Assembly (NCBI GenBank): GCA_038063515.1
Contig: JBBTUY010000002.1
Span: forward strand, 65,976-129,975
Direction of reading: 5' to 3'
From: Patescibacteria group bacterium
GTDB taxonomy: Bacteria; Patescibacteriota; Minisyncoccia; Phycocordibacterales; UBA9973
DNA: 64,000 nt
Shown here in pieces: positions 57,752 to 64,000 of the stretch. A program made the position numbers and the translations under genes. Numbering within the stretch: position 1 is the stretch's first letter; each line of letters opens with the position of its first letter. The notes beneath the pieces are model-generated. The model saw only the letters and a list, made by a program, of their open reading frames with translations, searched no databases and was not told where the DNA came from.

Positions 57752-59929
57752 TTACTCAAAGTGAAACTCTCCAGCTTTTTCTTTTACTTTATTTTTGAGT
57801 AAAGGGTCTTTTAAGAGTTCTGGATCTTCTTCGATCAGTCTTATGGCCTCGGTGCGAGCAGCTTCTACCATCTTTATATTTTTTATTGCTTCCATGCCGA
57901 GGTCGGTGATGCCCCATTGTTTGCCTCCTCCTAACTCTCCGGCGCCACGAAGAGCGAGATCAAGCTCACTTAATTCAAATCCATTCTTAGCAGTTTTAAG
58001 TGCTTTTAATCTGGCAATTGTTTTGTCACTTTTGGCTTCTGCAAATACGTAGCAGTATGCTTGATGCGTGCTTCGTATCACACGCCCCCTGAGCTGGTGA
58101 AGCTGTGCAAGGCCGAATCTTTCTGCTCCCTCGATGATTATTATAGTTGCATTTGGTACGTTTACCCCCACTTCCACCACTGATGTAGCGCAGAGAATGT
58201 GTATTTTCCCCTCTGAGAAATCTTGCATAACTTCTTCTTTTTTCTCTTTACTCATTTTGCTGTGGAGCACTCCTATTTCATATTTTTGAAATACTTCTTT
58301 TTTTAATCTTTTTGCTTCTTCTACTGCAGACTTCACATTTAGTGCTAGTTCTTTTTCAGGATTAGGCTCAAAAATTCTAGGACATATTACATATAGCTGC
58401 CTACCATTTTCTAATTCTTTATGTATTTTTTCATATGTATCTTCGCGTTTGTCGGGTGTTACTATTTCTGTAATTATTTTTTTCCTGCCTGATGGCATCT
58501 CGTCTAAGAGAGATAGATCTAAGTCTCCATATATTGTGAGTGCTAGGGTTCTCGGTATTGGGGTTGCTGTCATAGAGAGGAGGTGAGGTGCGACGTTGTC
58601 TTTTCTTATTAAACTCCTTCTTTGTTTAGTGCCAAATCTGTGCTGCTCATCTATGATCACGAGTGCTAAGTTTTTAAACTTCACCGACTTTTGTATGAGT
58701 GCATGAGTGCCTATGAGTATAGGTACTTCTCCATTTGCTACCCATTTCAAAAGTTGTGCACGTGATATGCTTGTCCATTCTTCTCTATTTGTTTTAGAAG
58801 GGAACTTCCTGCAGCCAGAGCCTGTGATGAGTCCTATGTTTATGGGCATGTGTTTAAAGTATTTTATGAAAGACTCGAAGTGCTGGGTGGCGAGTATCTC
58901 TGTTGGAGCCATATATGCAACGTTTAAATTGCCAAAAGTTTGCTCTTCGCCTTTGTCGTTTAAGGGTCTTTGCTTCACTGCTATGTATGCAGCACTTGCA
59001 GCTACTGCCGTCTTGCCTGATCCCACGTCACCTTCGAGAAGCCTCGACATAGGGAAATTTTTCCCCATGTCAGAGAGTACTATATCGATTGATTTTATTT
59101 GAGCATCTGTAGGTTTAAAAGGGAAGCGATCTAGAAATTCTTTCAAATCTTTTGGATTTGTTTTTATTTTAAAAGATTTATTTTTTCTATACTCTATTTT
59201 GTCATGTTGGCGTTCGAGCTGTATACAAAAGACTTCTTCGAAAGCGAATCTTTTTCTAGCTACTTCCGCATCATTTTCTTTTCTAGGTTGATGGATAAAT
59301 ATGAGAGCACTTTTTAAACTAGGTAGATTATATTTTTTTAATATATCTTCTGGTAAATAATCCTCTATATTATCTAAACTTTTTTCTTTAAAAATCTTAT
59401 CAATAGCATGATAAAACCATTTTGAAGTTATGCCATAAGTCTCTGCATAGATAGGGAATGAAGATCCGGAACTAGGTACATTTTCTTTCATAAAAAGAGT
59501 GTCATGGGAGTCTATTGGCATGTTCGGTATTTTTTCAACCTCTGGGTTAGCGAGATACATGCCACTTTTGCCTTCTGTAACTTTACCTGTAAGTTTTGCA
59601 CTCTGCCCATCATGGATCATTTTTGCCAAATAGGCTTGGTTAAACCATGTGATTTTTATTTTACCCGATAGGTCTTCTATTTCACCTTCAGCCATAGACA
59701 TTCCCGACCTAAAAGATTTTTTAGTTTTTAGTTTAGAAATTTTCCCATATACCGTCGCTGTGTCACCAGCTACGAGATCACTTATTTTCATTACTGTGCT
59801 TATATCGCTGTACCTCACAGGGAAGTGAAAGAGGAGATCTGATATTGAGAAAATTTTAAGCCTCGCGAGAGCCTTTTTTTGCTTTATATCTAGTCTGAAA
59901 TTTGTTTCGATTCTGTCACTTAAGTCCAT
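57752..59929 (-). CDS. recG: ATP-dependent DNA helicase RecG
   Basis: Wedge domain plus helicase motifs GDVGSGKT and DEQHRFG. Confidence 0.85.
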   Translation of the reverse strand: MDLSDRIETNFRLDIKQKKALARLKIFSISDLLFHFPVRYSDISTVMKISDLVAGDTATVYGKISKLKTKKSFRSGMSMAEGEIEDLSGKIKITWFNQAYLAKMIHDGQSAKLTGKVTEGKSGMYLANPEVEKIPNMPIDSHDTLFMKENVPSSGSSFPIYAETYGITSKWFYHAIDKIFKEKSLDNIEDYLPEDILKKYNLPSLKSALIFIHQPRKENDAEVARKRFAFEEVFCIQLERQHDKIEYRKNKSFKIKTNPKDLKEFLDRFPFKPTDAQIKSIDIVLSDMGKNFPMSRLLEGDVGSGKTAVAASAAYIAVKQRPLNDKGEEQTFGNLNVAYMAPTEILATQHFESFIKYFKHMPINIGLITGSGCRKFPSKTNREEWTSISRAQLLKWVANGEVPILIGTHALIQKSVKFKNLALVIIDEQHRFGTKQRRSLIRKDNVAPHLLSMTATPIPRTLALTIYGDLDLSLLDEMPSGRKKIITEIVTPDKREDTYEKIHKELENGRQLYVICPRIFEPNPEKELALNVKSAVEEAKRLKKEVFQKYEIGVLHSKMSKEKKEEVMQDFSEGKIHILCATSVVEVGVNVPNATIIIIEGAERFGLAQLHQLRGRVIRSTHQAYCYVFAEAKSDKTIARLKALKTAKNGFELSELDLALRGAGELGGGKQWGITDLGMEAIKNIKMVEAARTEAIRLIEEDPELLKDPLLKNKVKEKAGEFHFE

Positions 59930-60009
59930 CCTTGAATAATACCAAAAATTTGAATTTTCACATAAAACTGGTATAGTAAATCTATAAAAGAATATTCTGT
60001 CTTTTATTT

Positions 60010-60080
60010 GCCGGTGTAGTTCAATGGTAGAACGAAGGACTCATAAGCCTTAGAAAATGGTTCAATTCCATTCACCGGCA
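60010..60080 (+). tRNA. tRNA-Met (anticodon CAU; elongator-like, Ile2-lysidine not excluded)
   Basis: Acceptor GCCGGTG/CACCGGC; D-arm GTTC-AATGGTA-GAAC; anticodon loop CTCATAA; T-arm AATGG-TTCAATT-CCATT. Confidence 0.7.
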
Positions 60081-60130
60081 CAAAACAAAATACCTTGAAA
60101 ATTAGGTATTTTTGTGTATAATAAAAATAT

Positions 60131-60202
60131 GCGACTGTAGCTCAACGGTAGAGCACCCGCCTGTCACGTGGGAGGCCGTGGGGTCAGCACCCATCAGTCG
60201 CG
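60131..60202 (+). tRNA. tRNA-Asp (anticodon GUC) with a non-canonical T-loop
   Basis: Acceptor GCGACTG/CAGTCGC; D-arm GCTC-AACGGTA-GAGC; anticodon arm CCCGC-CTGTCAC-GTGGG; T-arm GTGGG-GTCAGCA-CCCAT. Confidence 0.55.
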
Positions 60203-60209
60203 CAAACGA

Positions 60210-60240
60210 AAAACACCTATTTTGTATAGGTGTTTTTCTG
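60210..60240 (+). terminator. Intrinsic terminator after the tRNA pair
   Basis: aaacacctat-tttgt-ataggtgttt followed by TTCTG. Confidence 0.6.
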
Positions 60241-60268
60241 TGTACTGAATGGACACTGAACTAATGCT

Positions 60269-60298
60269 TGACTTAGATACCCCCTAGGGGGTATACTT
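60269..60298 (+). promoter_or_regulatory. Promoter (TTGACT - 18 nt - TATACT) with an embedded perfect 18-bp palindrome ATACCCCCTAGGGGGTAT, a CsoR-type operator candidate
   Basis: The palindrome lies between the -35 and -10 boxes, immediately upstream of the csoR-like gene. Confidence 0.55.
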
Positions 60299-60303
60299 TA
60301 TTC

Positions 60304-60567
60304 ATGCACGCAGATAAAAATAAACTAATACGCCGTCTAAAAATCATTGAGGGTCAGCTTCGTGGCATACAGGATATGGTTGAAAAGGATAAATACTGCA
60401 TAGACATCATTACTCAAACTTCTGCTATTAAACAAGGCCTATCAAATGTTGAAGATGCCCTACTTGAAGGACATATTGGTCATTGTGTAGTAAATCAAAT
60501 CAAAAAAGGTCAAACTGATAAAGCGACCAGTGAAATATTAAAAGTATATCGTTTGAAAAGAAAATAA
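60304..60567 (+). CDS. csoR: CsoR/RcnR-family metal-sensing transcriptional repressor
   Basis: RLKIIEGQLRGIQDMVEKDKYCIDIITQTSAIKQGL...HIGHCV (DUF156 signature with Cys and His ligands). Confidence 0.75.
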   Translation: MHADKNKLIRRLKIIEGQLRGIQDMVEKDKYCIDIITQTSAIKQGLSNVEDALLEGHIGHCVVNQIKKGQTDKATSEILKVYRLKRK

Positions 60568-60568
60568 T

Positions 60569-61189
60569 ATGATTACTCACAAATGTGAAAACTGCAGCAT
60601 GGAAGGAACATACCTAAAAGCAGACAGCGAGGGTCTTGTTCGTTATTACTGTGAGCATCACGCACCAAAAGGAGCAACGAGGATTGGAGAAGTCCCAAAA
60701 CCTGAAACTGGATTGAAGAAGTTTTTGCCACTCATTGTTATTTTTTCTTCTATTATTTTGTTTACTACCATTACCACATACCTACACGGATTTACCTTAG
60801 AATTTGCAATGCGTATGATGATGGGTTCATTCTTCGCTATCTTTGGAGCATTTAAGATATTCAACCTTACTGCGTTTGCCGATGCTTATAGCACTTACGA
60901 CATTCTTGCAAAATGTTCTCGTGCATATGCTTTTATTTACCCATTTCTTGAAATCTTGATTGCAGTTCTATACATCACAGACATAGGTGGTATCTACCGA
61001 GATATTTTCACATTCCTTTTAATGGCAGTTAGTTCTGTCGGAGTAATTCAAAAACTACGCATTAAAGAGGAAATACCTTGCGCCTGTCTCGGTATGGTTT
61101 TTAAATTACCAATGACTAAAGTTACACTTTTTGAAGATGTACTAATGGCAGTTGAAGCATTTATAATGATACTTATTGCTTTGAAATAA
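60569..61189 (+). CDS. Membrane protein with N-terminal CxxC...CxHH metal-binding motif
   Basis: HKCENCSMEG...YYCEHHAPKG followed by 4-5 TM helices. Translationally coupled to csoR. Confidence 0.45.
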   Translation: MITHKCENCSMEGTYLKADSEGLVRYYCEHHAPKGATRIGEVPKPETGLKKFLPLIVIFSSIILFTTITTYLHGFTLEFAMRMMMGSFFAIFGAFKIFNLTAFADAYSTYDILAKCSRAYAFIYPFLEILIAVLYITDIGGIYRDIFTFLLMAVSSVGVIQKLRIKEEIPCACLGMVFKLPMTKVTLFEDVLMAVEAFIMILIALK

Positions 61190-61191
61190 AT

Positions 61192-61581
61192 ATGAAGAAC
61201 CTACACTTTATTAAAATATCCCTAGCACTCCTCGCGCTCGTAGGATATTTGAGTATTGTCGTTCTTGGTCCAATCCATATGGCTCATATGGCAGAAATGA
61301 ATATGCCTATGGAGCATTGTCCATTTGCTGTCGGAGAACACTCTCTGTGTAAGATGGACCCCTTCGAACACTTGAAAGTCTGGCAACAGTTTACTACGAC
61401 ATTTCTACCTCTTATTAAAATACTCTCTGTTATAGGCATACTACTTACCCTCATATATTTTTCTTACTATTCGCCACCGATTGGTAGATTCTTGTTTTCT
61501 CTCAAACGAGAACGATTGCGGGCATTCTCTCTGTATCAACAACTGTTCTCTCAAGGTATTCTCAATCCCAAAGCCCCGTAA
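61192..61581 (+). CDS. Met/His-rich membrane-anchored protein (candidate copper-binding)
   Basis: GPIHMAHMAEMNMPMEHCPFAVGEH motif. Confidence 0.4.
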   Translation: MKNLHFIKISLALLALVGYLSIVVLGPIHMAHMAEMNMPMEHCPFAVGEHSLCKMDPFEHLKVWQQFTTTFLPLIKILSVIGILLTLIYFSYYSPPIGRFLFSLKRERLRAFSLYQQLFSQGILNPKAP

Positions 61582-61624
61582 AAATATCATTCGTCATTAT
61601 TAGAAATTAACTCGTATAACAAAT

Positions 61625-61846
61625 ATGAAAATATCAAAAGTAGTGCATATCGTTAGTGTTATCGTTGGACTTATTGGAGTAATATCATTTCTAGGTGCTG
61701 TTCTTAACGGAGTAGATAATAGCGTGTTCGGAGTTACAAAAATGGATGCCTTAGCTTGTGCAGGAATACTTATCCTTATTGCGACTTGGCTTCAAATAGC
61801 AACCATTCATCATATGATGCTTGAAAAGAACGGTGAGAGAGTGTAA
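61625..61846 (+). CDS. Small membrane protein (73 aa)
   Basis: Two TM helices. Confidence 0.3.
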   Translation: MKISKVVHIVSVIVGLIGVISFLGAVLNGVDNSVFGVTKMDALACAGILILIATWLQIATIHHMMLEKNGERV

Positions 61847-61869
61847 TTATTAAATTAAAATACAAAATT

Positions 61870-62268
61870 ATGGAAAATAAAAACAATGTATTGGTTTTTA
61901 GTCTTGTCTTTCTAATTATCGGTATCTTTGTTGGTTGGCTCATTTGCAACAACAAGACAGTAATAGTAAGCCAAACGGCAGGAATGCATCAAATGGCTGA
62001 CGGGACAATGATGGGCAATGTTCCTGTGAATATGGAAAGTATGATGGGCGGAATGATGGCTGGATTGCAAGGTAAAACAGGAGATGCTTTTGATAAGGAG
62101 TTTCTTGCTCAAATGATTGTTCATCATCAAGGAGCTGTAGAGATGGCAAAAGCGGTTCTAGCAACCTCAAAGCGACCAGAGCTTATCAAACTAGCCAATG
62201 ACATCATCTCTGCTCAAACTAAAGAAATTGGAATGATGCAGGAATGGCAGAAAGTGTGGTTTAAGTAA
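61870..62268 (+). CDS. DUF305-family protein with Met-rich N-terminal region (copper resistance-associated)
   Basis: FDKEFLAQMIVHHQGAVEMAKAVLATSKRPELIKLANDIISAQTKEIGMMQEW matches the DUF305 signature. Met-rich segment MMGNVPVNMESMMGGMMAG. Confidence 0.65.
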   Translation: MENKNNVLVFSLVFLIIGIFVGWLICNNKTVIVSQTAGMHQMADGTMMGNVPVNMESMMGGMMAGLQGKTGDAFDKEFLAQMIVHHQGAVEMAKAVLATSKRPELIKLANDIISAQTKEIGMMQEWQKVWFK

Positions 62269-62521
62269 TTCAAATAGGTTTACTGACAAATCACCGAAAG
62301 GGTGTTTTGTTTGATAAGCACTCGTAAAAAGTATATTATTATACTAACTCTAGTGATTTGAAGCTCGGAATGTAGATTGTAGCGTCATTATTACGCTCAA
62401 AGGCAGTTCTAAAATCGTTCACTAAGTCGTGCAAACAAAAAGAGCCATAGATCTGTCAGCTGGCGGAATGGTTCTTTTTGTTGTGGGTGTATTGGACTTA
62501 AACTGTGATACAATAAAAAGT

Positions 62522-63148
62522 ATGATAAATCAAAAAAGTTTTCCCATTTTAGTAATTATTTTTTTGGTAGTAATATTGGGCTTAGGCGGTGGAGCATATT
62601 TATATATAAAAAATTCAACACTAGAAGCTATAACTCCCATAATTCAAGAGACGAAAGTTGATGATAGTAATACTACTTTAGAAAATCCTCCTTCAAATTC
62701 AGAGACACAAGTTGTTAAAAATGATGATACGGTTGCTAGTATTACTTGGAAAGTATTTTTCGATGAAAAATTGAAAATCGGTTTCTCGTATCCATCGTAT
62801 CTTTCAATAAAAAAAGATAATATCATCAATCCAAACTCTGATTTTATCAAAACAACACTTACTGATGGGCAGAACAACACCACTGAGATAGTTTTTCCTG
62901 TTGATGAATCTAGTAGGTTGAATGGGAAAGAAATAAAGGATACGCTTGTAGAAGATTCAAAAATTCCTGACGCAAAAGGCAGACCAAGGACATTAATAGT
63001 TGACGGTAAAACTTTTCATATCAATTATAGTGATTTTATTTCGTACTCTTTAATTACTAATAGAGGGATTGTTGATGTAAGTTTTTCCATTACGTCTGGT
63101 TATTCTCAGCTTGATATCAAAAAAATTCTTTCCTCATTAAAATACTAA
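62522..63148 (+). CDS. Membrane-anchored hypothetical protein
   Basis: N-terminal TM helix followed by a Ser/Thr/Asn-rich extracytoplasmic region. Start set at the MINQKSF ATG. Confidence 0.35.
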   Translation: MINQKSFPILVIIFLVVILGLGGGAYLYIKNSTLEAITPIIQETKVDDSNTTLENPPSNSETQVVKNDDTVASITWKVFFDEKLKIGFSYPSYLSIKKDNIINPNSDFIKTTLTDGQNNTTEIVFPVDESSRLNGKEIKDTLVEDSKIPDAKGRPRTLIVDGKTFHINYSDFISYSLITNRGIVDVSFSITSGYSQLDIKKILSSLKY

Positions 63149-63639
63149 CTAGGAATGTATAGCCATGCTCGCACTTCTTTCATTTGGTTCTGTATCTTTC
63201 ACCCACAGCAGACACGCTCCTTTATTCTTCAAATCCGCAGGAATAGTCGTAATTGTGCTTGAAATGCTCGTATTATTTTTAGGTCTTATGGGTTTAGGTA
63301 TTGTAAATTCTTTATTTAGTATATAATTACTTTATGAATAAGATAGTTTCAATTATCATAATTCTTGGTCTCGTGGTGACTATAGGAATAGTATTTTTAG
63401 GGTGGTTATAAATCACAAGAAACAGCACGCGTAGAACAAAATATTGAAGTAGGATATAGTGTTATGATTTTTCTTCTTTGGCCATTAGGTCGGTTGGCTT
63501 TCAAGAGGTATTACCTATAAAAGGAAAAGGGAATAGACATAGGAACACCAAAAATAGGAGAACCGTTAGAGGGTGTTTGCAGTATGGGAATGTATAGTTT
63601 CTTAGTTAATTTTATTTAATAACATTTTTTATTAATTTT

Positions 63640-64000
63640 ATGACAAATGAAAAAAAGCTTGAGTGGATTTTGAGAATTGGTATCGCTGGAGAGTTTTTGG
63701 GTCATGGAGTATTTGCTATTTTAGGTAAAGCGGATTGGATAAAGTGGACACAGCAACTGACAGGTCTTGATACGGCAACAGCGACTACTTTTATGTTGGT
63801 GGTGGGTGTCGTAGATATTTTATTAGCAATTATGGTTCTTTGGAAACCCATTAGACCAGTGCTTTTATGGATGGCATTCTGGGGTTTTTGGACGGCGCTT
63901 GTTCGTCCACTTGTCGGGGCAGATCTCTGGATTAAAGATATTTGGGATTTCATTGAGAGATTTGCTAATTGGGCAGCACCACTTGCACTATTTTACTTTT
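63640..64000 (+). CDS. Partial membrane protein (N-terminal 120 aa; continues beyond the window)
   Basis: ATG at 63640 with an open frame to the window end. Product is hydrophobic (MTNEKKLEWILRIGIAGEFLGHGVFAILG...). Absent from the ORF track because no stop codon falls within the window. Confidence 0.35.
   Translation, partial: MTNEKKLEWILRIGIAGEFLGHGVFAILGKADWIKWTQQLTGLDTATATTFMLVVGVVDILLAIMVLWKPIRPVLLWMAFWGFWTALVRPLVGADLWIKDIWDFIERFANWAAPLALFYF

Noticed and set aside
57795-59102. 85-aa and 131-aa plus-strand ORFs inside recG
   Set aside because: Antisense to the RecG helicase motifs. No support.

Overview
This window is a low-GC bacterial chromosomal segment. Several traits point to a Candidate Phyla Radiation/Patescibacteria-like genome (inference): a 23S rRNA split by three group I introns, no L30 gene, a short L15, and a reduced, rearranged ribosomal-protein superoperon. 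Coordinates for features not taken directly from the ORF track are hand-counted and may be off by 1-2 nt.

- **1-18.5 kb: cell-surface glycan locus.** It starts with the C-terminus of a Ser/Thr/Ala-rich protein, followed by a Wzy_C/O-antigen-ligase-like membrane protein. Then come GDP-fucose synthesis (gmd, fcl), two GT11 fucosyltransferases, several GT2 glycosyltransferases, a dTDP-sugar branch (RmlA, RmlB-like, RmlD-like, DegT aminotransferase), a Wzm/Wzt ABC exporter and a WbaP-like priming phosphotransferase.
- **19-22.2 kb: rplJ-rplL and small genes.** An attenuator-like hairpin precedes rplJ. Downstream are a few hypothetical genes and a pair of structured about 64-nt direct repeats.
- **22.5-27.7 kb: rRNA.** The 23S gene carries two LAGLIDADG-encoding group I introns and one ORF-less intron; a 5S gene follows. 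No 16S gene lies upstream.
- **28-37.9 kb: ribosomal-protein cluster.** It starts directly at S19 and runs through L5. A structure-dense 0.45-kb gap follows, then a duplicated promoter, then S14(Z)-S8-L6-L18-S5-L15-SecY. Next are cmk (minus strand), adk and pyrH.
- **37.9-49.9 kb: unusual genes and repeats.** A 597-aa Cys-rich protein with internal duplications sits before map. After map comes a 932-aa VirD4/TraG-like ATPase, then Nudix, ndk, a beta-CASP RNase, a LOG-like protein, rplT-rpmI-infC on the minus strand, and smpB with an adjacent tmRNA (ssrA) candidate. Two inverted copies of an about 64-bp repeat bracket 40.6-49.4 kb.
- **50-64 kb: housekeeping genes, a B12 module and a copper islet.** ftsH is followed by tRNA-Ile(UAU). 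A putative B12 module follows: a transporter S component, NrdJ and PduO. Then come a surface protein with a peptidoglycan-binding domain and tandem repeats, recG, and tRNA-Met and tRNA-Asp. The window ends with a copper-homeostasis islet: a palindromic operator, a CsoR-like repressor, Met/His-rich proteins and a DUF305 protein.
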